From contig CM041465.1 in the NCBI GenBank assembly GCA_023213395.1, positions 122,457,741 to 122,521,740 on the forward strand: DNA of 64,000 bases, in the 5' to 3' direction. This DNA comes from Cycas panzhihuaensis (lineage: Eukaryota > Plantae > Cycadophyta). This document shows positions 23,640-38,070 of this stretch, piece after piece (the stretch's first letter is position 1; each line of letters begins with the position of its first letter). The notes beneath the pieces are model-generated. The model saw nothing but the letters and a program-made list of their open reading frames with translations. It had not been told where the DNA came from and did no database searches. The position numbers were made by a program, and so were the translations under genes.

Positions 23640-24232
23640 AATATGTCAAGTAAAATTTGAACTAATGTCTTTTGCATAATAGTGCTCACAACTTAATGCT
23701 AGGCCACAATTATAGTCTAATAAAACCACTAAAGGCATAGTTCCAATCCTTTGAAATATGTAGATGGATATATTTTGGTTTAGTATGTAGCATAGTAGAC
23801 TTGATTTGGTGACAAGCTAAAGTGCTAGAATTTGAACTTGTGCCTTTTGTGAAACAATCCTCACAATTCAAAACAAGGCTACAATTCTAGTCTAACGAAA
23901 CCACTAAGGCATAATCCCAATTTTGTAAAATGCACACATAGATATTAATATGTAAATGGATAATTTTTGGCTTATTGTTTAGTACTTTAGACTTGGTTTA
24001 ATGATAAACTTAGGGGGTAGAATTAGAACTTGTTTCTTTTGTAGAGTAGCATGCACAACTTAGCATTAGGCCCAAATTCTACTTTAATGATAAGCATCAG
24101 TGGTAGAATTAGAACTTGTGTCATTTGTGGAGTAGTGGTTACAACTCTAGGCTACAACATTAGGCCATTATTCTAATTTTATAGAATGTATGGATAGACT
24201 TGGTTTGGCGATAAGCTTAGGTGGTTAAATTA
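23640..24232. repeat. Degenerate tandem array (units ~85-190 bp)
   Basis: Recurring agaatt.gaacttgtg.cttttgt..cacaact..aggc.acaattcta near 23652, 23827, 24020 and 24105; tagacttg.ttt occurs three times. Confidence 0.75.
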
Positions 24233-25259
24233 CCCTATATGCATTTTTAATTATAATGTATTTCATTTATAACTAAATGAGGTTGTGAATTAAGCTTGTG
24301 ACCAATGTACTTGGCTATAAGCACAAGGTGCTAGTCAAAAAGCAAGTATAATTTATCCTTACTTGTTTCTTACTATCATTGCCATCACCATTGTGAAATA
24401 TGTTTCATTATACAATCCTATAAGCATTATTTCATTAATACTTTATGCAACATAGATATCTATACACATTAAACTATGTCAAGAATTGTTACATTTATTA
24501 AAGTTATTCTTTGATGGTGATATGCATCATTTATTATGTAATAGTCCTAATTACTGAAAGTGTAACTTTAGAAGGTGAAAAGCTTTAAAAATATGAGCAC
24601 TTTTCTTTCATATAATTATTATTTCAAGCATTTACAAATCAAGTGATAACAAATAAATTGATTCATTTTAGAACAACTTGATATTTATAAAAGATGTAGA
24701 AATGTGAACCTCTTTATAGCAAAATAAAATCAGATTGGCAATATCCTCAAAAGTGTCTAGATAAATGCAATTTCTAATGTTAATGCAATTCACATGACTT
24801 GATATGGTTACTTATAAAAATATAATATGTAGAATATAGGATTAAACATTGATAATATAAGCTCTTAAACTTTTAAGGACGAACATAGTCATTCTCTTTT
24901 GAAACTTATTATCAAATATCCATTTCAATAAATATTAGGTAGTTTATAAATAACCATGAAGAAATTGAAGATTCAAATTTGAGATGAGTATGATATAACA
25001 ATTTATAACTTATAAGATAACTTATGTTTTTCTTTTTCTTTTCTTTTCTTTTTTTTTGTTTTTTTCCTTGTGAATAAAAGTATGCAAGCCCCTGCACAAT
25101 TAGGGTTGGTGCCCACTAATTAACAATCATATTTCTCATGATATGATATTATAAGAATTACACAAAATCTCATTAAATATTAATTGACTGATTATTAAGA
25201 CTATATATTGTTATGGAATTTTAGTGCAATATATGATATAATCCATATATTAATTGTTC

Positions 25260-26915
25260 TAAATCTATAGGAATTGTGTTTTGAATTTGACATATGTCAA
25301 TGAAAAAATATTGGAGCACCATGAAAGCAGGAAACATAATAAGCGAATAATATATGTTAGAAAGATCAAATTTTGAATTCAAAATTACTTAAATATAATC
25401 CTAAAATTTATTTAGAAGTCTTCTAGATTTTTTTCTTAAAAAGTCTAAATAAATAGCATTGGACATAGAGGCCAAAAAGTTGTTTTTTGATGTTTAAAAC
25501 AAAACCATGCTAATTACCTCAAAATTTGTGTTAGTTGTTATATCTTATAAAAAATGGCCCCTACAGTCAAAAACTCTTTTTATTTATTTTTTCCCTCTTC
25601 TTATAGATTTTGTTTTGCACTAATTCTAGTAGGTTTCAAACCCTTCTTGGAAGTCTAAAAACTTGTAAAATATTAGAAATTTAATGAAAAATAGAAGCAA
25701 AATTGAAGTGTTTTTATGTAAATGAATAAAGAATGAAATTAGAGATATATAAAACAATCTCATAACTTGTAAACTCAACTTGGCATAAAAAGGACCATGT
25801 AGAGAATAAATAAATTATAATCACATAGATATTTATGTCTTTGAAGTGTATTAAAAATGAAAATTCTCAAGGAAATTATCATAATGCCAATTTTAGTTGT
25901 TAAAATCTTAGTTTTACACAATCTTGCAATAACAATTCAAACCCTTTTGCTCTAATTAATCTTAATAATCTTTTGACATTAATGGCCTATAGAATAAGGT
26001 CTGAGACTAAGAAACATAGAGAAAAAATCAATGATATAAAATAAACTTTCTTTAATTATTAATGGCATTCAATAATAGGCAAAGGACAAGCATTCAAATA
26101 ATGCACATAACTCACACGTGTTACATATTACTTCAAAGGTAGAGTGCCCTCTTCACAAGAAGGAAAATCCTTGTAATACACAAGTCCAACCAAAGATCTA
26201 TGTTCTCACTCTTATGTTAAAGAACTCTCAAACTCCAAATGTTTGTTAAATACAATCCATTACCTTTTTATAATGAGTAGAGGAAACACTTAAACATACA
26301 CACTCTAAGTAAAAGAATACTACCTAGGTAAATTTATTTAGAGGAGAACAAATTAAGTGACACTTCCATGTCTAATTAAAAAATAGATGTGCCATCGATG
26401 TGGTTATATATGGTTGCATGTGCCATTCTCATACCTCTTGTGGGGATGAACAAGTCAATTGAATAAGAGTGTGGAGCTCATATATCTATTTATGCCATCT
26501 ACATGTCTCATGTGGCAAAGAATAAGCTATGTGGATAAGAATATGGTCTCCTCATACTAGAGTATGATCTCCACATGCTCATTCCACCTATTGATGCCAA
26601 GTTATCCATGTAAATTACAAGTGTTTTTAGTCTTATTTAAGTTGCATACACACACATACACACATCCTATCTTATCTTTTAATATAAGTGGCAAGTTGCA
26701 TCTCCTAGTATATAACTAACTAATACCAATATGTTTATTTCTATGTGTGTAGTATCTTAATGTACTAAAAACTATCTCCATTGATGAGAACTAACCCATA
26801 ATATAATAATACCTTATCATTATCTTGTATCATAGTCATGTGGTACTATTTTAAATCCAGGTATATATCCAATAACTTTATGCTAATACTATACCACTTA
26901 ATCTATATTGTATCA
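25260..26915 (-). repeat. ~1.6-kb dispersed repeat, copy 2 (LTR-like); boundaries approximate
   Basis: Direct-repeat homology to ~18930..20530, offset about 6.35 kb. Confidence 0.75.
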
Positions 26916-26928
26916 TTAAATATATACC

Positions 26929-26963
<35 letters not shown>

Positions 26964-27228
26964 CCTATCTTATCTTTTAATATAAGTGGAAAGTCGTATC
27001 TCCTAGTATATGACTAGCTAATACTAATATGTTCATATATATGTGTGTAGTATCTTAATGTACTACAAACTATCTCCATTGATGAGAACTAACCTATAAT
27101 ATAATAATACTTTATCATTATCTTATATCATAGTCATGTGGTACTATTTTAAATCCAGGTATATGTCCAATAACTTTGTGCTAATACTATACCACTTAAT
27201 CTATATTACATCATTGAATATATACCAA
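26650..27228. repeat. 298-bp tandem duplication with (CA)n at the junction (26932..26962)
   Basis: catcctatcttatcttttaatataagtgg at 26663 and 26961; the copies are nearly identical. Confidence 0.92.
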
Positions 27229-29041
27229 TATATATTTGAGTTCTTATTAATTCACTCTTATTGAAATACTAATATATTTTCCCTTGGTACTTTAGTGGAG
27301 AAAAATGAGACCTTGTCTTCTTCTAAAGTAAGCATGAAAAGTATCATCATGGAAGAAGAGTAGTAGAGTAGATGTTATATTGAAGTGTGACATTTAACAC
27401 TAATATAATAATAATAAGGTTTAAGGAGTGATTCTTTCCTAAATACCCTCTAACCTTACTTAGAGGTAGATATCCTTGTATGCTTATGGGCTAATAGTAT
27501 AAAAGAGATTACCATGTGATGAAGGGTGTCTTTATTGCATGTTAAACTCTTATGGATTTAAGAAATATTACCTTTATAATCCCATGCTTCCCTATAAAGA
27601 GATGAAGTCTCAAGTGATAAAAAGTCATGTGGCTATTTAGCAAAGTCCTTCTAGTATATAATATATTATCACTCCTTAAGCTAATCTATAATACAAACAT
27701 GCTTCAAAGTTAGATGCTCAAATGTTGGTCTCCTTTATGTATAGATATATGGTTTAGTTTAAAATATGCAATGTACATCAAAACCAATAAGATGAAATAT
27801 ATATACATATATGAGATGTTAAATAATAAAATATTATAGGAGATAAATGAATAATTCAAAGAACAATATAGATAAGTTAGTATGCACTAATAAAAACATA
27901 CAAACTTAAATGACGTAAAGGCCAATGGTGGGCAATCAAATATATTAATATGAAAAGAGTAAATATGAAAGTAGAAGATGAGATGTGTTGTTAACTCACC
28001 AAAATAATATTAGGAAAATATGATAATGCTCTTGCTTCTCTTCCTCCAAACTTAGATCTGGGTGGTAGATGATTGTTGAGATGGGAACACTAAAGTATAC
28101 AACAACATTAAATGTATTCTATACACAAGTATAATTATAAGTAATCTCACCAAACTAATTATAGGAACTCATGATCTAATAGTGGAAGTTGGATGCTACT
28201 CTAGAATTAGTCTTAAAGTTGTCAAACTAATGAAAAGCTAGTCTAATTTTCTAAAAACTAGTGAAAGTTACTAAAAATTATTGGAATTAATGCCCATGTG
28301 TGGATAAATTAATATGTGAGTCATTAATGTTGATGACAAGCATTATAGGATTTACTTAAGTCCTTAATGGACTTATAATAAGTGTTGAGATAGTTATAAG
28401 TTTAATTTTGGACCATTACTAAACCTATGTATATATAATAGTGCATATGATTATATAGTGGATTGGTAAGGATTCATTCTTAAGGAATGACATTGTTGAG
28501 GTAGATCAATTTTACCCATTTTCTAACTCTCATATTGTTATGTGTTTGCTTCTCATTCTTTGATCTCACATTATCCTAATTTACGTTATGGTATCATAGT
28601 GGGTAAAGTTGTAGGTTGTAGATCAATTTTATAACTAATAATTATGGAACCAAGTAATAATTTATAGATTTGTTGTTAAGAATCATGCTAATTTTGCTAG
28701 GGGATAATTATGAATCATGGAATATCTATTAACGCGGTAGTTGTTTTATTAAGCCACTAGTTAATGTTAATGTGGTTTAACTAATCATGATTAATAAAAT
28801 GGTGCAAAATATTTGGAAGGTAATAACCCTTATCGAGTGACACCTCTTAAAAGGATATTTATATACCAGAATAATTGTGTATTCAAGTAATTCAAGGAGT
28901 GTAATCAATGTGATCCAAAGGATCTTTTATGATGGGTTTTTTCCTAAAAGGGTTTCCCGTGTAAATCTTGTATACTATGCATATGTATTCTATGTATATC
29001 TTTATTTGCTTACTATGTATAGTTAAAAATTCTGCAGATAG

Positions 29042-29043
<2 letters not shown>

Positions 29044-29073
<30 letters not shown>
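29044..29073. repeat. (TA)n microsatellite expanded only in the 5' LTR of copia-D
   Basis: Pure AT run; the 3' LTR has acataaatgtat at the equivalent position. Confidence 0.95.
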
Positions 29074-29076
<3 letters not shown>

Positions 29077-30452
29077 TTCATATTCCTTAACATGGTATCA
29101 AATCCACATGGTCCTAGAGAGCTAAAGTCAGAAATTGGGCAGAGCAGTGAGATAGTTGGTTACCAGATGACACTAGCAAACCCAAGATATGTGTTGAGGA
29201 TCCATCAACTCCAACAATATGTAGAAGTAGGCACAACTATCAATGGTAGTTGAGGTAATAAAAATCATCAATCAATGAAAAATAAGGATCTATTAGAGTC
29301 AATCTTTAGATGTAAAGGCCATGTTCATGATATGAGTTGGCTCGTTGGGGGCCATCTAAAGTTGATTGATGATTAGTAGTAGTGATCGAAGCTAGTAAAA
29401 TATATTCTGATGGTGATCCAATAGTGGTGAGGACAACCACATATACATATAAGTAAGTTGGTTCTTTTCTCAACAAAGCACTATAAATTAAAGTAAAATA
29501 TACTTATTATTATAGTCAAACATATATATCACACTTAAGGACGTGATTAAAGCCCTGGATTAGTGTTGATCTATCCTTATATGAGTGTTGGACTACATAC
29601 ATAATAGTAGGAGTGGTTGTTTATTGGAGCATCTATGATATACTAAAGTTTGGCATTATTTATATGAATATGAGCCATCATAACATGATTATATGTATGA
29701 TTTAACCTTGTCTCTTTTGAACATAAGCTAGTTGGGCTATGTAGGATGTCCTCACCAGCCATAGAAGAGTGTATAGGTATGTTTGGAAGGTTGTAGATCT
29801 ATTTTCATGTGTGTAGGTTTATTTTAAAGATCATAGGTTGAGATTGTATTTATGGTTAATATAAAACCCACATAGATTGAAAACGCCTTTTTAAATTTAT
29901 TTCTCACTAAGTTTTGACCTTAGCAAGATTACTATTAATACACCTTTATCATTTCTCCATGTGCATTAAACTACAAGTGAACATTTTATATAAAAGGTCA
30001 CAACTTTTAGAATATACCTTTTTGCATATTTCCCTTATAATTCAACATTATAAAAAGGACCGTTTACCATTAATATCTCAAATATTTTATATTGTGAAGC
30101 ATTTTGAAGAAGCTTGACATGTTTTGAAGTGTTGTTTGAGCATATTTATTGTGAAATCTGACTTGGAGACCATGCCATAATACTATGTGGAGAAATACTT
30201 GGCCTTTGGAATATATTTTGAAGCATTATAAGTCTTTTTTTTAGGCCTTTTTATACTTTTAAGGAGGTTTTGAGGCATGTTATTGAAGGGTAAACATTTG
30301 GTGAGCCACCCAATATGTGCACAATCGTTGTTCAAGGTTTCTCTAGTTAGTGTGCCTAAGCCAAAGGAGATCACAGTGGTGTGCTTTTATCTGAAAAGTC
30401 TATAAGACTATCATCTAGTGTTTTTTACTCATGTTAAAGCTTGTTTCTCAAG

Positions 30453-33400
30453 ATGGAGTGCATCATGCTAAAGGTTATCTTCAACAACAACAATTTCAAC
30501 GAGTGGAAGGCCAACATGGAGCTGGTATTGATGGTGAATCAAATTTGGGGAATTACTAAAATGAAGGTAGATGTGATTCAATTAGATCATAAAGACCAAG
30601 TAAGACTTTAGAAAAAAAGGTTTATGGTTATGGGATTATTAAAACTATCATTAGTGCTAAATTAAAGGGCCTTGGTTTATAATCTAAAAGAACTAGATGA
30701 TATTTTGGAAAAATTATATGATACTTTTGAGAAAAAGAAGACAAATAAACATCTAACCTTGATGTTGGAGCTACTCAATTCACATGTAGAAGATGAGAAC
30801 AACACCAGTTCCTACCTGAATAAGATTACTAACTTTAAGAATAAACTAGAAGAATTGAAGCCAAATTTGATTGATAATGCACTATTATTCATGATAATCA
30901 TGCCAAAATTACTAGATATTTTTTTTACTTTTTAGAACATATATAATAGAGATGAGGTGATGGGGGCAGAAACCTTTAATGGTATTAATAACCTTATTCT
31001 GATAAAGGATGCTAAACTAAAATATCATGGAATACTTAGAGGCTTTGAATCAAGTTAGGCTTTAGCCATAAAGACGCAGAGGAAAGAGGTTGTTTAGGAG
31101 GAGAAGTTCATACATAGGTTTCAGAAAAGTTCTCAAGAGAAGAAGAAATTTAATGGTAAATGTAACTACTATAAAAATGATGGTCACAGAGAGAACTATT
31201 AGTTTAAGAGACGTGACAAGCACAAAGTAAGCTAGGATGATAAACAGAAGAGCATTACTACATACTACGTTAGAGTGGCAACCTTATTAGTTGAGTCAAA
31301 TTAAAGAGATTACTATATTTTAAACTCTAGAATGTAGAAATATATCTCTTACTAGAAGAACAACTTTGATATGGTGAATGAAAATCATAGTGATATGAAA
31401 ATCATCCTTAGAGATGCTCACGTATTATTAGTGAAAGGTGTCAACAAAGTTTCTTTAGTAGGTGGTAAGTTTATAGGGGTATAATATATAGCCAAGATGA
31501 AATTACATTTGCTTTCAGCTTCGTAGATCTATAAACAAGGTATAAAGATGGAGCTATACCATGATAGATGCCTAATTAAGGATTCAAAGTATAATTTCTC
31601 TATCATTTCTATTAGGAAGGTTAGAGATAACTTTTGGATATTTGAGAAGTTAGTCTTAGAAGAAGTCTTACATCTTTATTGCCAGTACTAATTATGTGAG
31701 TAAACTATGGCATAATTACCTGGGATACCTTAATTACAGGAGCATTGCATTATTAAATAGGATAAATATGGTGGAAGGTTTATTATTTATTTTATGCTTG
31801 AGTGGCATTTGTAAAGGGTGTATATATGGAAAGCATCATTGTTATTCTTTTGCTCAGGATAATATCTGGAGAGCTAAGGATAAGATCTGGGGAGCTAAGG
31901 AGAAGCTAAAGCTAATACATATGGATATAATGGGCCCACTCCTAAACCCTTCAATATTAAGAGCTTATTGCACCCTAGTATTTATGGATGATTACACTAA
32001 GAAGGATTGAGTATACTTTCTAAAGAAAAAGTCAAATGTATTTGATTGCTTCTATGACTGGAAAGTGGTGGTTGAAAATGAAAGTGAAAAGAAGATTAAG
32101 TCATTAAGAAGTGATAATGAAAAAGAATACTATAATCATACATTTAATTAGTTCTGTCATAATCATGATATAAAGCAAAAATTTATAGTCTCGTATACTT
32201 AGCAATAAAATAGAGTTACTAAAAGAAAGAACCATACCATCATAGAGATGCAAAGGTGTATGGTGCATGCTAAAAACTTACCACTGATGTTTTGGGTAGA
32301 AGTTGTGGTGACTACTATTTATATTTTGAACTAGGTATCCACTTAGATAGTTCGTAACATGACCCATAAAAAAAAATGGACTAGCCAGAAACCTGTCATT
32401 AGCCATTTGAAAACTTTTGGATGAATAGGATATGCACACATCCTAAATGATACTCGTAAGAAGCTAGATTAGACAAGTCTAAATTATATTTTTTAGGGTT
32501 TTGTGATCAAAATAAGGCTTATAGATATGGGATTTGCAAGGGAGAAAGATTATAATTAGTTAGGATATAAAATTCGATGATTCATCAACATATCCTATTA
32601 AAAAATCATTAGAAGAGCCTTTCCACCTCCTACTACTTATACTTCTATATTTATCAAGTGAAGAGGGATGATGAGCCAGTCACAAGAATACATAAGGAAG
32701 TAGGGCTAAGTGGGTTGAGTAATAGTGATGAGCTACCACGTGAAGAAGCACCTCCAATAATAGGTCCTTCTATACCACTATGGGCGAGGAAGATGATTGA
32801 AGATTCTAGAGTGGTAATGCATACCCTTCCTAATGAGAGAAGAATAAGAAGTTAGCAAGCCAGTCAAACTCTACTGGTAGATACCAACAACTCCATTGAT
32901 CTTGATTCATATGATGAAACAAAATGAGATTCATAATAGAGAGTTGTGATGGAGGAAGAATATGGTTTGCTCATGAAGAATAACACATGGGATTTAGTTT
33001 CGCTCCTTCCAATGAAGAACCTTATTAGATGCAAGTGGGTTTATAAGACTAAGTTTCACTTTGATGGAGAGGTAGACAAGTACAAGGCCAGGCTTGTCAC
33101 TCAAGGGTTCAAATAAAAAGAAGGAATTGATTATGAAGAGACATTTTCACTAGTCTCTAAAATAATAATGGTCTATTTAATTATTTCCTTGGCAATTGCT
33201 TATGGTTAGGAGTTACACTATATGGACATCAAGTCTTTGTTTCTTAATAGAGATCTAAAGGAGTAGATATACATGTCGTAACCTCTAGGATTCATTAAGA
33301 AAATCTAAGAGCATCTTATATGCTGATTGAAGAAATCACTCTATGGCCTAAAACAAAAACCTCATACTTGGTATGAGAAGGTGGATGCCAAGTTAAAAGC

Positions 33401-34410
33401 TAAAGGATTCATAATTTTTTATCTCAACCTGAATTTGTATATGAAAAGTAAGGGGTCTTTAATAGTTATTATTGTGGTGTACACAGATGATTTAATCATC
33501 AAAGACAATTGTACTAAGACTATTATAGAAGTCAAGTCTAATTTAGGAGCTTCTTTTGACATGGCAGACCTCAGGAGACTTTACTACTTCTTGGATATTT
33601 AAATCAAGTAGATGGAAGATCAAATTATGTTATCGTAGCTGCATTATATAAAGAACCTACTAGAGAAGTTTGGGATGTAAAATGATAAACCAATTATAAC
33701 ACCATATGTTAAGGGTACAAAATTATAAAAGGATATAGCCAAACCCTCTGTAGATGGAACAAGTTAGTAGGGAGTCTAATCTACTTGACTCATCCTAAAC
33801 TAGATATTACCTATGTTATTGGATTGGTTTCCCACTATATGCAGAATCCTCATGAGCTACATTAGGTTATTACATAGTGGATTCTGAAATACTTGAATGG
33901 GATAATCAATCTTGGTCTTAAATACCATTAAGGTAAGAAGATAAAGTTGCATGGCTACACTAATGTTGATTAGGGAGGAGACTTTAATAATTGGAAGTCC
34001 ATTGTTAGATATATCTTTGGTGTCGATAATAGATTTATTTCATGGTAGTTGAAGAAGCAATAAATAGTAGCACTATCTTCTACAAAGGCAGAATATCAAG
34101 GACTCAGTGTTGGTGTAAAGGAAGTTGTATGGTTATAAGGTCTCTTAGAATTTCTTAGAGTTTTAAATGGATATCTAATTATTTTTGTTGATAATCAGAG
34201 TCATTTGCTTGTCAAAGAATTTAGAGTTTCCTATACGTACAAAGTATATTAAGATTCAACACCACTATATCCGTGAATAGATCAAATCAGGGAAGCTGCA
34301 AGTCAATTATTATTTGAGTTACTATCAACTTGTGAACATCTTTACCAAGCCATTTACTGAGGATCATTTCACAAAGATGCATTCCAAATTAAGACACCAA
34401 TATTATCCTT
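30453..34410 (+). pseudogene. Disrupted gag-pol of copia-D
   Basis: FNNNNFNEWK (gag), LWHNYLGYLN..CKGCIYGKHH (GAG-pre-integrase/INT), KKSLYGLKQ and VVYTDDLII (RT), NIFTKP (RH). Confidence 0.92.
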
Positions 34411-35997
34411 AAGAGGGGATGTATCGATCAGGATAAAGAAGTTATAGGTTGATAGTCCCAACCTTTGTGATAACACAATTGTTGTAGGTTGCATGTTCCT
34501 CACATTCATATTAAGGAGGGATGATAACATGGAATTTGTTTGTTAATCCACCAGTTAATGTTAATGTAGTTTAACTAATCATGATTAATAAAATTGTACA
34601 ATATATTGAAAAGGTCACAACCCTTAAAAGGATATTTATATCTTAGAGCCCTTGTGTGTTCAAGCAATTCAAAGAGTATAATCAATGTGACCCAAAGGAT
34701 CTTTTATGGTAGGCTTTTTCCTAAAAAGATTTCCCATGTAAACCATGTATATTGTGCATCTGTATTCTGTGTATATCTTTATTTGTTTGATGTATATGGT
34801 TAAAGATTATATAGATAGGAACATAAATGTATGAATTTGTGTTCCTTAACAATATCCAATGGTAGAGCTTTTGTGTTTGTGTTATTTTTTATTTATTGAT
34901 GTATGTTATTTTCATCTTCCTTAGTAACTATATTGTATGCTTCAATAACAAAAAGAGATAAAATAATATAGTAGGACGGATAGGGAGTATCAATTAGGTC
35001 ACTAGTTTTTGTTTTAGTTTATACCAATTATCATAATTTTCTATTAATTTTTTTATCTTCATCCATTGAATTATGGGCCACACTATAGTTTGTTCTTCCC
35101 ATATAACTTTCACCATCATTCATCTCTATGCTCAGGGGAAATGACGACTACTATGGTATTTCTTTCTAATGGAATCTTTGCTAAATAGTTAATTTATAAA
35201 CCCTAGCAAAACACTAATGTAGGTAAATCTCAATGTGTAAATTAGCCCAATGACTATAAGATATTTAGAACTAATTTTTAGCCTTTTTCATTCCTTGGTT
35301 CTTATATTACATCATTGTTTATAAGAAGTTCTCTTGCTCTTAAATTATAAGAACATTATACATTACATATCTCTTGTCTTCATATGAATTTATGGAGTGT
35401 AGCTCAACCCACTTGTTATAATGTTATGAAGTCAGGCTTGAGGTTTTAGAACCTTGAGTTCTCAATTTGATTATAAATATTATAGTGAGAGATAGTGCAT
35501 AGAATTCCAGAACAATGGATTCAACCCAAAGGATGGATTAAGCTACTTTTGGAAGGGGAACGATTGCACACAGAGGGTAAGATATGGACACTAGTCATGA
35601 TGATGAAAAATTGAGAATTATATTGAAGTATCTAAATGGAAAAGCTTTAGATAAGATGATTCTTTTTTGTAATGGTATGACTACATTAAATTATTTTTAA
35701 TATTGTTTTAAAGTTTAAAGCCCCTTTTGTTAGCTAGCCCCTTAGTCATGTAGCTTGACAAGTGATAAGCAGGTTTCTGGCTCACTAAGGAGCTTATTAT
35801 AAAAATATTATGTAACTTTTTATGTTCTATGTAATAAACATGGTCACATGGTCATTTTTTAGCTCCCTACATGGTTACTGATGAATTTACATATAATGCT
35901 AGTACTCTCTATAACGATCGAAGATTAAATTTAGTGAGTGCATTATGTCGAGGCTTTTAATATATCTTATCCTTTTTCTATTTTGCTAGTTTTCACA

Positions 35998-38070
35998 ATG
36001 TTGGGTGGAAGTCTATTTTCTCCTTCAAATAAACTCATTGGTACTGAAAATTATAACACTTAAAAACATCATATGATGAATTTATTGTGGATGAATAGAC
36101 TGTGGCCATCAATATAAGGAAACACATCAAAACCTAATGAGAAGACTATTACAATATTGGAAAAAGTAAAATATGAAGATAAATTTATTTATGCATCAAG
36201 TTTAATAAATATGTTTATCAATGGTTCTCTAGTAGAAAGATATTAAAAAAGCCTGGACACTTAGGGAGGCATGGGACTTAATTGTTTCTATCTTTGAAAC
36301 AAAGAATGATGCAAGACTAATGATACTAAAGAATTACTTATATAGTTTAAAAATAACAAGTTCTTTGATAGAGCATCTTTAAGCAATTAAGAGTATAAGT
36401 AATTAGTTGGAAAATATTAGAGAATTACTAGATGATAAAGATCTTATAGTAGTTGTTCTAAAAAGTATATCAAGCAAATTTAATAATTTTGTAATAAGTT
36501 TTTATCTATTAGATAAGGTAGTAAGAACTTCCTTTAATGAGCTAGAAGTATTACTTTTTTAGCATGAGTAGATTTTAATGGATAGCATTAAAGAATCCTC
36601 AAGAGCCTTCTCAGCTAAGTTGTAAAAAATTAAATTATTAAGAAGCCTCAATAACAAGCACCTCCTACTCAAAAAGACTAATAAAAGCTATGTTTTTATA
36701 GTAAAAAGCTAGGCCATTTTAAAAAGAACTATAAGAAATAACATGATGATCAAAAATAGAAGAAAGATTGAGGACATCTCTCTAATGAATCATCTAATTT
36801 AGTTCATATTGGTAAAAAAACATTCTTGGTATCCACTTAGAGCAATTCCAAAGATGGATGGTAGATTAATTCAAGGGCTTCCAACTATATGACTAGTAGA
36901 ATTAATTGATTCATACATACGTGGGAAGTAATTGGTTATATTATTACATTAGGAAATAATATAATGCTTAAAGTAAAGGGGATAGGAGTAGTCCCATTCA
37001 TCACTCCTAATAGAGAAGATTATTACATTGACAATGTAATGTATGTATCAGGTTTAAAAGTAAATTTAATTTTAGTTAGTTAGATCGAGGATAGTAAGAT
37101 GAGTGTACCTTTTAAAGATTGAAAGGCCACTATTTACGATCAAGAAGGCAAAGTTATTGTAGAAGGTATAAAAGACTATAGTCTATATAGACTTCTAGGT
37201 AAATCTATAAACTAGAAAGCCTTATCTACTGATATATCTTATAAATCTCAATTACAGAATGAAATAATAGCTTATTTAGATTATTCTTGTCTTTAATTAA
37301 TTAATAAATTAAGTATGGTGCATGGTCTTCTAAAGTTAAAATCATCAAAATGTATTTGTAATTCTTACATATACAAAAAACTACACAAAGAAAGCATGTC
37401 TAAAGATAAGATGGTATGTGAAAACTAAGTCTTATATACTGAGATATTATGGTACTTTTGCTAATTGCTTCACTTAGGGATGCAAAGTATCTCTTAACCT
37501 TCATTGATGATTATTATAGGAAAATCTAGGATTATTATTTGAAGGAGAAGTCTCATGTATTTGAGACATTTAAGTAGTCTAAAGCAAAAATAGAGAATGA
37601 AAGTAGGCAAAGTATCAAGGTACTAAGGTTATATAATAGGGGAGAATTTGCCTCTAGATCCTTTATCTAGTTTTATAAGGATCGTGATATAAAGTAATCA
37701 ATATTGATATACTCTCCTCAACATAATAATGTAGCTAAGAGGATAAACATAATATTGGTTGAAAAAGGCAAGTTGTTGGTAAAGGCAAAAAACCTTTTAG
37801 ATATCTTCTAGGTAGAAGCAATTTATACAATGACATACCTAACAAACAAGAGTATAACCAAAGTTATAAGAAATAAAAAAGTTGAAGAATTATAATCAAG
37901 TCATAAACCTATAGTAAATCATCTCAAAAGTTTTAGAAGTATAGTGTATATGCAAACCTTAGAAGGCATCCTTATTAAGTACAATGAAGAGAATAAAGTA
38001 TACTAGATATACGAGTTGACAATCTGAAAGGTTCATATAACTCGGGATATTATCTTTGAAGAGAATGACA
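35998..38070 (+). pseudogene. Disrupted gag-PR-INT of copia-C
   Basis: KLIGTENYNT.K (gag), zinc-knuckle remnant ~36690, W.INSRASNYMT (PR), LTFIDDYYRKI and IKVLRLYNRGEF (INT), RDIIFEE. Confidence 0.85.

Larger units (their letters stand above)
28727..34851 (+). mobile_element. Copia-D: full-length degenerate Ty1/copia nested in the copia-C leader
   Basis: LTRs 28727..29092 and 34522..34851; perfect TSD ATATC (28722..28726 and 34852..34856); PBS tggtatcaaatc at 29093; PPT aaggaggga 34513..34521. Confidence 0.95.

Noticed and set aside
25105-25120. tggtgcccac as a tRNA-Lys-type PBS for the gene-flanking repeats
   Set aside because: It is on the wrong strand for the inferred LTR orientation, the match is short, and no LTR end is adjacent.
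31861-31905. 21-bp in-frame duplication (IWRAKDK IWGAKEK) in copia-D integrase
   Set aside because: A small slippage event in a dead element, absent from copia-E; no functional inference possible.
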